Part shown: one piece after another, positions 55,455 to 64,000 of the stretch
Position numbering within the stretch: position 1 is the first letter of the stretch
How the letters are laid out: each line of letters opens with the position of its first letter
Assembly: GCA_963761205.1 (NCBI GenBank)
Contig: CAVXFX010000007.1
Span: 64,726-128,725 of the forward strand
From: an uncultured Actinomycetota bacterium
GTDB taxonomy: Bacteria > Actinomycetota > Actinomycetes > Propionibacteriales > Nocardioidaceae
Direction of reading: 5' to 3'
DNA: 64,000 nt
Notes under the pieces: generated by a model
What the model was told of the DNA's origin: nothing
Database searches by the model: none
The model's input: the letters and a program-made list of their open reading frames with translations, nothing else
Position numbers and translations under genes: made by a program

Positions 55455-55480
55455 CAAATCCACGCTCCAGGAGGAACTCC

Positions 55481-56056
55481 ATGACACACGTATCCATCAT
55501 CGGCACCGGCAACATGGGCCAGGCCATCGCGGCCGTCGCGACTCGGGGCGGTCACACCGTCCAGCTGCTCGGCCACGGCGACACCGGCACCCGGGTCGCC
55601 GGCGACATCGTCGTCCTCGCGGTCCCCTACCCCGCACTCAGCGACGTCATCACCCAGCGAGGCGAGAGCCTGGCCGGCAAGATCGTCGTCGACATCACCA
55701 ACCCGCTGAACTTCGAGACGTTCGACTCCCTCGTGGTCGCTGCCGACGGCTCCGCCGCCGCCGAGCTCGCGGCAGCCCTGCCGCAGTCGCGGGTGCTGAA
55801 GGCCTTCAACACCAGCTTCGCCGCCACCCTCGCAGCCGGCACGGCCGGCCCGCTGACCACCAGCGTGCTGATCGCCGGCGACGACGCCGACGCCAAGGCA
55901 ACCCTCGCTGGCGTGGTCACCTCCGGCGGACTCAACGCCGTGGACGCCGGGTCACTGACGCGAGCCCGCGAGCTCGAGGCCCTCGGCTTCCTACAGCTCA
56001 CCCTCGCCGTCAGCGAGAAGGTCTCCTGGGCTGGTGGCTTCGGCATCGCCGCGTGA
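55481..56056 (+). CDS. NADPH-dependent F420 reductase-like (NAD(P)-binding) oxidoreductase
   Basis: ATG after AGGAGG. 'VSIIGTGNMGQAIA' and 'VVDITNPL'. Confidence 0.8.
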   Translation: MTHVSIIGTGNMGQAIAAVATRGGHTVQLLGHGDTGTRVAGDIVVLAVPYPALSDVITQRGESLAGKIVVDITNPLNFETFDSLVVAADGSAAAELAAALPQSRVLKAFNTSFAATLAAGTAGPLTTSVLIAGDDADAKATLAGVVTSGGLNAVDAGSLTRARELEALGFLQLTLAVSEKVSWAGGFGIAA

Positions 56057-56085
56057 CCCAACCGGCTCGCGCACCTGCCACCCCG

Positions 56086-57564
56086 CTACTCGCAGGCCAG
56101 GATCTTCGGCTTGTAGTACACCTTGTGCACCACGGTCTTGTTCACCGACAAGAGCTCCGAGTCCACCTTGATCGGGAAGGGGAGGCTGGACGCGAAGCCC
56201 TTGACGGCTTCCAACACCTTGCCGGCCACGGAGTAGCCGACTCCACCCGCGACGACGACGTCGATCGAGCTCTGCTTGCACTTCACGATGCCGATCGCCG
56301 ATCCGTTGGTCAGGCCGTAGGAGACCGTGAAGGCGGCGAACGGTCCGGCGAAGGCGGCGGGGATGCCGAGTCCGAGCACGGTCCTCACCTGGACCGCGAG
56401 CACGATGCCGTTCACGCCGACGGAGACACCGGCCATGTTGTCGATCGGGGACTGCACCGACTCGACCAGGGGAACGAGCACCTTCGCCCCGCTGAACCCG
56501 ATCGGCCCGTCCACCTTCAGCTTGCCGGACGCCGCCAAGGTCGCGTTGCGGGCGGAGAACGCGGTGGTGAAGGTGAACTTGAAGCGGATGGCGGCCACCA
56601 GGGGGACCGGAGCGCCGGCCGCCGGGAGCGGGATATTGATGTCTGCGGGCACCTCCACCCTGGTCTTGAAGTTCCCGGAGAGCCCGGTCGTCGAGCCACT
56701 GTCCAGCCCGACCGAGACCTCCTTGAGCCCGTCGACCCGCAGCTCGTTCTTGGTCAGCGAGCCCTTGGAGAAGCTGAGGTTCGCCGTGACGGTGGGCTTG
56801 ACGAACTTGGCACCCACGTCGAAGCCGACCACCACCCCGTCCTTCTTGTAGGCGACCTTCAGGGACACCTCACTGCCCTTGGCGTCCCCGGTGTAGCCGA
56901 GCTGGGCCGAGTAGTCGTCGAGGGAGAGCTTCACGCTCCTTCCCAGCTGGGCTGGCGGGAGCGGCGCGTCCTGCCTCACTGCTGCGACCTGGGCCCGAGC
57001 CACTCCCCGACCGCCGGTCCAGACGGCCGTCTTGGCTGACGCCGTCTGCGCTGGCTCCGTGCTCGCCGCACCCGACACCTCGGTGCCCGAGCCCACCTCC
57101 GGGTCGGAGACGTCGGGGTAGGTCTGGATCCCCATCGCCCCCACGTCGAGCGGTGTGGTGAGGTTGATGTCGCCGTCGGAGATCACGTCGGTCAGGTCCA
57201 CCGGCCCGAGCGTGACCACGACGACGCCGTCGCGGCGTACCAGCTGGAGCACCCGGCCGACCCCTCGACCGGTCAGGAACATGATCTTGCCGGGCTCGAG
57301 CTCGTCGAGGTGAGGGGCCCGATCATCGATCGTCCAGGTCATGGAGTCCCCGCTCACCGAGCGCACCATGCCCGCGCCGCCGCCGACGAGCACCACGTCC
57401 GGCTGGTAGGTGATGCCGCCGCCGGCCACGGGTGCGCGGCCGTACGTCAGCTCCGCCTGGGCGTTCACAGCAGCAGGGCCAGAGTCGGTGGGGTTGCCGC
57501 CCGCCGAGCAGGCCGGGAGCACGAGGAGCCCGGCCAGAAGAACCACCGCGGCGCGACGGGTCAT
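56086..57564 (-). CDS. 492-aa beta-rich lipoprotein, unknown function
   Basis: Lipobox 'LLVLPACSAG'. ATGA overlap with the upstream lipoprotein gene. The C-terminal half has an alternating beta-strand pattern. Confidence 0.7.
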   Translation of the reverse strand: MTRRAAVVLLAGLLVLPACSAGGNPTDSGPAAVNAQAELTYGRAPVAGGGITYQPDVVLVGGGAGMVRSVSGDSMTWTIDDRAPHLDELEPGKIMFLTGRGVGRVLQLVRRDGVVVVTLGPVDLTDVISDGDINLTTPLDVGAMGIQTYPDVSDPEVGSGTEVSGAASTEPAQTASAKTAVWTGGRGVARAQVAAVRQDAPLPPAQLGRSVKLSLDDYSAQLGYTGDAKGSEVSLKVAYKKDGVVVGFDVGAKFVKPTVTANLSFSKGSLTKNELRVDGLKEVSVGLDSGSTTGLSGNFKTRVEVPADINIPLPAAGAPVPLVAAIRFKFTFTTAFSARNATLAASGKLKVDGPIGFSGAKVLVPLVESVQSPIDNMAGVSVGVNGIVLAVQVRTVLGLGIPAAFAGPFAAFTVSYGLTNGSAIGIVKCKQSSIDVVVAGGVGYSVAGKVLEAVKGFASSLPFPIKVDSELLSVNKTVVHKVYYKPKILACE

Positions 57565-58172
57565 CGCCTGATCCCCGCCATCACGATCCGCATCAGGCCG
57601 ATGGCGGCCGCCTGGTCCTCGGCTGTGGCCTCGGCGTGGGTCAGCAGGGTCAGGTGGATCTCGGTCCGCTTGTCGATCGTGTCCAGCACGTGTCCGTTGA
57701 CCTTGCTCACCGTCCCGAGGCGGGGCACGGCCTTGGCGAACCCCTGGTCGACCACCTGCGGGTAGTAGGCGATCACGTCCGAGGGGCGCTTGCGGTAGGT
57801 CGTGTACTGCACGACCAGGCTGCTCTGGACGACCTTCGGGTCCAGGAACCAGGTGCAGGACTCAGAGTGCTTGTCCGGGTTGGTGGAGTCGGCAGGCAAC
57901 CCGAGCATGCCGATCACGTCCAGGCCGGCAGCCGCCTGGACCTGCTCGAGGGAGAGCAGCGCGCAGGCCGGGTTGGTCGCGGCGTTGCCCTGCAGGTTCA
58001 CCGCCGCGGCCGACGGCTCCGGGTCAGCGGACGCCGTCTCGGTCGCCGTGGGCGTCGCGCTGGAAGACGGTGTGACCTCGCCCTGGTCCCCCGCCGAACC
58101 GCCAACGTCGCCGCGACCACACGACGTGAGCGCGAGCACGAGCAGGGCGCCAGTACAAAAGGAAATCCTCAT
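57561..58172 (-). CDS. DUF3558-like lipoprotein
   Basis: Lipobox 'VLALTSCG'. 'NPACALLSLEQVQAAAGL' and a conserved second Cys ('SESCTWF'). Confidence 0.7.
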   Translation of the reverse strand: MRISFCTGALLVLALTSCGRGDVGGSAGDQGEVTPSSSATPTATETASADPEPSAAAVNLQGNAATNPACALLSLEQVQAAAGLDVIGMLGLPADSTNPDKHSESCTWFLDPKVVQSSLVVQYTTYRKRPSDVIAYYPQVVDQGFAKAVPRLGTVSKVNGHVLDTIDKRTEIHLTLLTHAEATAEDQAAAIGLMRIVMAGIRR

Positions 58173-58267
58173 GCCTTCGAACCTAGGAACTTTGCGGCGC
58201 TGAGGAATCGGGTGGTTCCCTACGTCTGGCCCACGACACCCACGAGTTGACGCGGCCGTGGCGACGG

Positions 58268-60988
58268 CTAGCGGTCCGGCGCCATCCTGGCCCCCAGCTC
58301 GGCCCGGGAGGAGATCCCCAGCTTGCGGTAGACCCGGGCCAGGTTCGCCTCGACCGTCTTGGCGCTCACGAACGCCTGCTCGGCGACCTGCCGGTTCGTC
58401 AGCCCACTGGCCGCGAGCTCGGCGATACGTCGTTCGCTCGCGGTCAGCTCCAGCGGGCTGTCGGGACGGCTCCCCACCCGCGCCAGCTCCGCCTCCGCCC
58501 GCTCCGCCCAGGCCGGCGAACCGACACCGTTGAAGACCTCGAGTGCTTCACCGAGCACCCGGGACGCCTCGCGCTTGGCCCGGGCCCGGCGGTGGGCGAT
58601 CCCCAGCACCAGCAGGGTCCGGCCCTGCTCGAACGGATTGGGTGCCTGCTCGTGCAGCTCCAGCGAGTCGTGGAGGAGCGCGACCGCGTCGTCGAGGTCG
58701 CCGGCTCCGGCCGCGAAGAGCCCCCGACAACGCTTCGCGACCGCCTGCGCCGACACCCGACCCCCGCGGTCGGCACGCCGTTCGAGATCGAGCAGCCTGT
58801 CCTCGGCCGCCTCGACCGCGCCGTTGACGAGCAGCGCCTCGACGTGGTCGCCGTGGAACCGGGAGATGCCGGGATCGCCGGCGCCGGCCTTCTCGCAGGC
58901 GAGCCACCAGCGGTCGAGCCATTCGTGCGCGCCCCCGGCGTCCTGCCTGGTGAGGGCGACGAAGCCGATCAGTCCGGCTGCCGACATCTCCAGCCAGCCG
59001 TCCTCCTCGGCCTCGGCCCAGGCGAGCACCTCTCTGCTCGCCTCGAGCGCGGCATCCAGGCGACCGCACTGCGCGTCGACGCCGGCCGTGGTGACCAGCG
59101 CCTGCATCCGCTGGCTCTCCTGGCCGGCGGACTCCGCGTGAGCGAGGTGATCGGCGGCGAAGGAGGTCGCCTCCTCGATCCGGCCCATCCGGAGGGCCAC
59201 CCCGGAGAGGTGGCCGAGGACGTAGGGCGCCAACCCTTCGTTGCCCTCCTCGAGCGCTCTCTCGCGCAGTTCCGTCAGGGCGTCGTACGCCGCGGGGAGG
59301 TCGTCGGACCACTTGAGCAGCACGGGGCGGATCGCCGCGACCTGGTCGTTGCTGCGCCACTCGCGACCGGTCCGTTCCAGGACCAGCGCCTGGTCGAGCT
59401 TCGGCCGATCGAGCCTGTTGCCGAGGTGGAACTCGGCCGAGACCTGTTCGCACAGCGCCCACGACCGCAGCTGGGGGTCCTCCAGCGCGGCCCGGTCCAG
59501 GCAGTGCTGGGCCGCACGAGCGTGCTCGGACCGCTCCGTCGCGTCGGCCGAGAGCGTGGCCATCGACAGCAGCGCCCTGGCGCGAATGGCCGCGTCGTCA
59601 CCGGCGTCCTCGAGCGCGCGGGCGGCGCAGGCGAATGCCCGCTGCATGGAGCTGGTCTGGTAGGCCACCTCGGTGAGCGCCAGCCAGCCCTGCGCCCGCA
59701 CCGTACCCGGCGGGCAGTCGGCCTCGAGGCGTTCGAGCACGTCGCCGGCCTCCCCCGTCGCCCCGGCCACGTGCAGCAGCTCGGCCAGGCGGACCCGCCG
59801 GCGCCACTCGTCGTACGGATGACCCTCCTCGGTGCGCTCGACGGCCAGGCGCGCGAGGTCGGTCGCCGTACCCGCGGCGCCGCGGGCGACCGCGAACGCG
59901 ACGGCTGCCTCCAGCGCGGCCGCGACCTGCGGGTCGGGGTCCGGGGTGGACAGCGCGGAGTGCCGTGCCCGCGCCTCCGGGTCACCGGTGCGCTCCGCGA
60001 GGCGGCGGTGGACGTCGCGCTGCTCGGAGGGGAGGGCGAGCTCGAGGGCGGCGGCGCCCAGGAGGGGATGGGTGAAGTCGACCCTGCCCTGGTGGATCTC
60101 GACGATGCCCTCGTCCTCGGCGACGACCAGTGGCTCGCGCAGGCCCAGCTCGGAGAGCAGGGAGATCGGGGGCCTGCCCGCGCAGGCGACCGCCAGGACA
60201 GCCGCACGGGTCGTCTCGGGGAGCCGCGCAAGGCGGTCGATGGTCAGTGCGTACAGGCTCTTCGGCACGACCAGCCCGTTGCGGGCGAGCTCCACGGCAA
60301 GGAACGGATTGCCTCCCGACGCCTCGGTGATCCGGAGGAGCGTCGGTCGCGCCAGGGTGAGTCCGAGCTCCTGACGCACGATGTGGAAGATCGCCGCCGC
60401 GGTCATCCCGTCGAGGTGGAGCTCGCGCTTCCACTGCGCTGCCAGGGCAGCGGCCAGCTCACTGGGGCCCGGCGTACCGCTTCGACGGGAGGTGACCAGT
60501 CCGAAGGGCAGGTCGGCCTCGATCCGTCGCAGCGCAAAGGTGAGCGCGTCACGCGACGGCTGGTCCAGCCACTGCTCGTCGTCGACCAGCACGATCAGCG
60601 GCTGCCTGGCTGCCAAGATCCCGAAGAGGTTCGCCAGGCCGGTCCCGATCACCCGCGGTTCCGGCGCCTGACCGTCGGCGTGACAGCGGAGCGTCGTGGC
60701 TGCCAGCGCCTCGCGCTGCGGATCGGGGAGCTCCTCGAGCGTCGCGTCGTCGATGGGCGAGAGCAGATCGGTGAGGGCAGCGAAGCTCAGCATCTGCTCG
60801 GCCTGGGTGGGCCGGCAGTCGAGCACCGTGGTCCCACCGTCTCGAGCCTGGGCGCTGAGCAGGCGGCACAGCGTGGACTTGCCGATGCCGGGCACGCCCT
60901 CCATCGAGAGTGTGGCGGGCGCGGAGGCCGCCGCGGCCAGCAGCATCGCCACGGCCTCGCGTTCGGCTTCCCGCCCCGTGACGTTCAC
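58268..60988 (-). CDS. large ATP-binding LuxR-family regulator (AAA+/STAND N-domain, TPR-like middle, LuxR HTH)
   Basis: 'GVPGIGKSTL' (Walker A), 'LIVLVDDEQWLD' (Walker B) and C-terminal 'LTASERRIAELAASGLTNRQVAEQAFVSAKTVEANLARVYRKL'. The start is GTG 60988 or 61012. Confidence 0.85.
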   Translation of the reverse strand: MNVTGREAEREAVAMLLAAAASAPATLSMEGVPGIGKSTLCRLLSAQARDGGTTVLDCRPTQAEQMLSFAALTDLLSPIDDATLEELPDPQREALAATTLRCHADGQAPEPRVIGTGLANLFGILAARQPLIVLVDDEQWLDQPSRDALTFALRRIEADLPFGLVTSRRSGTPGPSELAAALAAQWKRELHLDGMTAAAIFHIVRQELGLTLARPTLLRITEASGGNPFLAVELARNGLVVPKSLYALTIDRLARLPETTRAAVLAVACAGRPPISLLSELGLREPLVVAEDEGIVEIHQGRVDFTHPLLGAAALELALPSEQRDVHRRLAERTGDPEARARHSALSTPDPDPQVAAALEAAVAFAVARGAAGTATDLARLAVERTEEGHPYDEWRRRVRLAELLHVAGATGEAGDVLERLEADCPPGTVRAQGWLALTEVAYQTSSMQRAFACAARALEDAGDDAAIRARALLSMATLSADATERSEHARAAQHCLDRAALEDPQLRSWALCEQVSAEFHLGNRLDRPKLDQALVLERTGREWRSNDQVAAIRPVLLKWSDDLPAAYDALTELRERALEEGNEGLAPYVLGHLSGVALRMGRIEEATSFAADHLAHAESAGQESQRMQALVTTAGVDAQCGRLDAALEASREVLAWAEAEEDGWLEMSAAGLIGFVALTRQDAGGAHEWLDRWWLACEKAGAGDPGISRFHGDHVEALLVNGAVEAAEDRLLDLERRADRGGRVSAQAVAKRCRGLFAAGAGDLDDAVALLHDSLELHEQAPNPFEQGRTLLVLGIAHRRARAKREASRVLGEALEVFNGVGSPAWAERAEAELARVGSRPDSPLELTASERRIAELAASGLTNRQVAEQAFVSAKTVEANLARVYRKLGISSRAELGARMAPDR

Positions 60989-61070
60989 ACTGCACCGTAG
61001 GCGCACGGTCACGTGATGCGTAGGGAAACACCCGGTTCCTCGGAGCTCAGGAGTCCCTAGCGTCGATGAC

Positions 61071-61628
61071 ATGAGAATCTTCGCAACAGTTCCAGTGCTG
61101 CTCCTCGCGCTGCTTGGCGCGTGCGGCACCAGCAACGACACCACGTCCAACGCCTCAGCCAAGGACCCGGCCGTCTCGTCGACCACTCCTTCCGAGCCCC
61201 GCACCACCGGCAAGCCGGCCACGGGCAAGCCGAAGACCGACCCCTGCGACCTGCTCACCAAGGGGATGGCCGAAGCCGCCCTCGGTGTGCCGGTCGGTGC
61301 GCCGACGAAGACGCCCGGGGAAGGCAACGTGACGTGCGTCTATGCGCCGGCCGACGGCACCGCCAACGTCTTCGCGCTGCTCACGACGTACGCCGCGTCG
61401 GGCGAGAAGGCTCTGATGACAGCGACCGCGGCATTCCCCGACGCGAGACGGGTGCCCGATCTCGGCGACGCGGCGATCGTCTCGCGCCGCGGCCACGCTC
61501 TCGGCGTCGCCGTCGACGACCTGATCTTCGCCATCAGCGTGCTCAGGACCGACTCGTTCTCGGTCGACCCGGCCGTCAGCGAGCAGCAGCTGATCGTGCT
61601 GGCTCGAGACGTCGTCCAGTCCAGGTAG
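61071..61628 (+). CDS. DUF3558-like lipoprotein (paralog of 57561-58172)
   Basis: Lipobox 'LLGACG'. 'DPCDLLTKGMAEAALGV' and 'NVTCVY'. Confidence 0.7.
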   Translation: MRIFATVPVLLLALLGACGTSNDTTSNASAKDPAVSSTTPSEPRTTGKPATGKPKTDPCDLLTKGMAEAALGVPVGAPTKTPGEGNVTCVYAPADGTANVFALLTTYAASGEKALMTATAAFPDARRVPDLGDAAIVSRRGHALGVAVDDLIFAISVLRTDSFSVDPAVSEQQLIVLARDVVQSR

Positions 61629-61638
61629 GTGGATCGCC

Positions 61639-61926
61639 GTGCAGTTCGTCGCAGAGCGCTTCTGGCCGGGAGCGACGGAGGAGATGGCCCTGGCCTCGAT
61701 GGCCAAGGTGCGCGCCAGCTGCGAGCGGCTGGCCGCGTCCGGGGTCCCGCTCCGGTGGCTCGGCGGCACCTACCTCGCCGGCGACGAGTGCCTCTCGCTG
61801 CGCTTCGAGGGGACCGCCCAGTCCGTCCGGGCCGCCCACCAGCTCGCCGGGGTGCCGTTCGATCGGCTCGTCCCGTCCGTGGATGACAGCCACGACCTGC
61901 AGGCAACACCGGACCCGAGCCCGTGA
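61639..61926 (+). CDS. DUF4242-like small protein
   Basis: GTG start. The 'FVAERFWPGATEEM...LRWLGGTYLAGDECLSLRFEG...SVRAAHQLAGVPFDRL' pattern resembles DUF4242. Confidence 0.55.
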   Translation: MQFVAERFWPGATEEMALASMAKVRASCERLAASGVPLRWLGGTYLAGDECLSLRFEGTAQSVRAAHQLAGVPFDRLVPSVDDSHDLQATPDPSP

Positions 61927-61998
61927 GGATCGATCTCCAACCCGCCGCCCAATGGAAGCGCCCCGAACGTCCATCGCACCACTGAGGAAGGATTCCCA

Positions 61999-62724
61999 AT
62001 GAACCTCGTCATGACGAGAATCTCCCCGCGAGTCGGAGTGGTCACAACATTGACCTGCGCCGCAGTCCTGGTCGGTGGCGGATTTGCGTGGTCCCAGGTG
62101 GCCTCGTCCATTCCGGGTCCGGACGGGGTCATCCGGAGCTGTTACAACGCGACGAACAACCCTTCAGGCGGTCTCCGCGTCATCGACCCAGCCAGTGGCG
62201 GGGCCTGCTCCAAGAACGAGCGGCCGCTCAACTTCAACCAGACGGGTCCTCAGGGACCCTCCGGTCCCCAGGGCCCCGCGGGAACGGCGGGGGCAGACGG
62301 GGCAGACGGACCCGACGGCGCCACGGGAGCAGCCGGCCAGACCGGAGCGACCGGGCCGACCGGACCCACCGGCCCAACTGGTCCAGTCGGGCCTGCGGGG
62401 ACTTCGGCTGTGTACACCGCCGGCGGCTGCAGCACTTGTGGCTACGCAGTTTCTTCCCTCGTGCTGCACGTGCCCGCCGGCACCTACGCGGTGAGTGCCG
62501 CAGCGGCGGCCTTCAACAACGACAACAACGACCCGCAGAGCGCTGTCTGTTCCATCAACGACGGCAACGAGTTCTTGGGCAGGGTCGACCGACTCAAGAC
62601 CACCACGATCCCGCTGCTCGGTCGCTACTACTTCTCCGGTCCAGGCTCGCTGACGTTGGCCTGCGGCGGCTACAAGATCGTGCTGCTGGACTACTCGATG
62701 ATCCAGGCCATCAAGGTCGGCTGA
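61999..62724 (+). CDS. secreted collagen-like triple-helix repeat protein with a ~110-aa C-terminal globular domain
   Basis: Hydrophobic N-terminus ('[18 protein letters not shown]'), 17 uninterrupted GXY triplets, and a Cys-containing C-terminal domain. Confidence 0.8.
   Translation: MNLVMTRISPRVGVVTTLTCAAVLVGGGFAWSQVASSIPGPDGVIRSCYNATNNPSGGLRVIDPASGGACSKNERPLNFNQTGPQGPSGPQGPAGTAGADGADGPDGATGAAGQTGATGPTGPTGPTGPVGPAGTSAVYTAGGCSTCGYAVSSLVLHVPAGTYAVSAAAAAFNNDNNDPQSAVCSINDGNEFLGRVDRLKTTTIPLLGRYYFSGPGSLTLACGGYKIVLLDYSMIQAIKVG
62245..62397 (+). repeat. collagen-like (GXY)17 coding repeat
   Basis: [51 protein letters not shown], counted directly. Confidence 0.9.
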
Positions 62725-62799
62725 GCTGCGGTTGGGTGCAGAGCCACCGGCACCGCCGCCATCCTTTCTCAGGCTCCCACCGGACCGTCAGGGTCCACC

Positions 62800-64000
62800 T
62801 CACGGACTGGAGTTGTTGTTGATCGTCAGCGTGGAGACCTCGTGGCAACTGGCCGCTATGCCATCCTGCGCCGGGTTGGTGCTGTCATACCTGACCTTCC
62901 AGGAGAACGACCCCGTCGCCTTCTGTGCGGTCGTGTTCGACGTGCCGACCTCCTTCGGAGACGCCCCGGTGACCGCCTTGTTCGTCGAGTAGATCGCGGT
63001 TCCGGTGCAGTTACTCGTGGGGTACAGGTCGAAGTACACCGTCCCGAGCAGGTCGCCACCGGCTGACGCCGAGACCGTCGCCGAGTCGTTCGGCACCCAC
63101 TCCTGGGCCGTGGTCATCGTCGACGGCACGCTGCTGACGGTGACGTCCTCGTCGGTGTCGTCGCAGGCAGCGTTGTGCGTGACCGCGCTGGTGTTCGGCG
63201 ACGAGCCCGTGTAGACGGCGACCCAGTGGTAGTTCCCCGTCGCCGTCGGCACGGCCTGCGGATTCGGGGTGTTGTAGGTGTCGTCACCGTTGACCGGCAC
63301 TGCAGTGGAGGTGTGGACCAGGTCGCCACAGCCCGAGCCACTCGGCCCGTACAACTTGAACGTGATCGTGCCGGCCGCGTTGGCTCCTGCTGTGCCCGTC
63401 AGGTTGATCACGGGGTTCGCGGGCTGCTTCGCCGTGCCGGCGAGCACCGCCGAGTCCGTCACCGACTGCCCAAGCAGTTTGGGGGGGCCTGCCGTCGTCG
63501 ACAGCGTCGGCGTCACGGGGGTGACGGTGAAGCACTCGTTGGCTCTCGAGTCGCTCGAACTCGGGATTCCGTTCGTGCTGTCACCACTGAAGACGGCACG
63601 CCAGCAGTATCTGCCCGCTGAGGTGACGTAGGCGGTCGGCGAGAGGACCGTCACCGGGTAGGACGCACCGGAGAGGGCGGTCGATCCCACCGTGGTCCCA
63701 CCAGTGGTGCACAGGCCAGGAGAGTCGACCTTGCACAGCGAGAACGTCACGGAGCCGGCTGGCGTGGCGCTGCCACCGGTAAGGCTGACGAGCGCCGAGT
63801 CCTTGACCGCAACGACACCGGCGGTGCCGATGGACAGCCCGGCTCCGGGAATGGCCGTGCCGTCGCCCTTCTTGGGAGTCGTGACCGTCGTTGACGTGCA
63901 GTTCGTGATCGGTGGCGCCTGCTGGAGGACGGTGTCCTTGTAGTCAGCCGAGTCGGAGTTGCCGGTCACGGTGCTCGGGATGGTGTTAGCGAACGTCTTG
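62800..64000 (-). CDS. Ig-like domain repeat surface protein, 5' end outside the window
   Basis: The frame stays open to nt 64000. It has ~100-aa repeats of the pattern 'G.VTF.LY....C.G......V.V.G...Y.T......TG.Y.W.AVY.G..N'. Confidence 0.7.
   Translation of the reverse strand, partial: KTFANTIPSTVTGNSDSADYKDTVLQQAPPITNCTSTTVTTPKKGDGTAIPGAGLSIGTAGVVAVKDSALVSLTGGSATPAGSVTFSLCKVDSPGLCTTGGTTVGSTALSGASYPVTVLSPTAYVTSAGRYCWRAVFSGDSTNGIPSSSDSRANECFTVTPVTPTLSTTAGPPKLLGQSVTDSAVLAGTAKQPANPVINLTGTAGANAAGTITFKLYGPSGSGCGDLVHTSTAVPVNGDDTYNTPNPQAVPTATGNYHWVAVYTGSSPNTSAVTHNAACDDTDEDVTVSSVPSTMTTAQEWVPNDSATVSASAGGDLLGTVYFDLYPTSNCTGTAIYSTNKAVTGASPKEVGTSNTTAQKATGSFSWKVRYDSTNPAQDGIAASCHEVSTLTINNNSSP

Noticed and set aside
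61070-61327. Upstream ATG (61072) or the ORF-track start (61327) for the large LuxR regulator.
   Set aside because: Either start would overlap the divergent lipoprotein gene, which begins at 61071, and would add non-homologous sequence. The recognisable AAA+ N-terminus ('TGREAEREAV...GVPGIGKST') begins just after GTG 60988/61012.

Overview
This is a high-GC (about 70% by eye) chromosomal segment. The gene content is typical of an actinobacterium, possibly Nocardioides-like, but that is a guess. I call about 58 protein-coding genes, packed tightly with many 4-nt ATGA/GTGA start-stop overlaps. I recognised no rRNA, tRNA, CRISPR array, transposase or integrase.

Layout:
- 0-39.8 kb: mostly ordinary metabolism and regulation. 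It holds a DUF202 pair, glutathione peroxidase, two acyl-CoA dehydrogenases, a ChlI-like AAA+/VWA pair, a DUF222-HNH gene with an SOS box, Ltp thiolase plus DUF35, adenylate cyclase, haloalkane dehalogenase, lutABC, a PAS histidine kinase, an SNF2 helicase, YeeE, an ECF sigma/anti-sigma pair, a Ser/Thr kinase, an HxlR-SnoaL-SMT-like methyltransferase trio, an FGGY kinase, ArsR-SulP, TetR, and a molybdopterin oxidoreductase.
- 39.8-54.2 kb: looks accessory and is the most interesting part.
- 54.3-64 kb: rhodanese, MarR/F420-type reductase, lipoproteins flanking an AAA+/LuxR regulator, a collagen-like (GXY)17 protein, and an Ig-like repeat surface protein cut by the window edge.

Best candidate for an undescribed system (39.8-54.2 kb). 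An ECF sigma/anti-sigma pair is transcribed divergently from a tightly packed operon. The operon encodes:
- a bacterial neprosin-type (DUF239) glutamic peptidase with its pro-domain;
- a 1,262-aa protein in which I recognise no domain;
- one or two Gly/Pro-repeat proteins, including about 16 tandem 12-nt units encoding (GGGP)n;
- a SARP activator at the 3' end.

None of the operon products has a visible signal peptide. Next come a convergent LuxR/TPR regulator, a flavin monooxygenase and a leaderless M43-like metzincin.

Three independent frame disruptions at short homopolymers suggest either assembly indels or real pseudogenisation. All family names come from motif recognition by eye. No searches were run.
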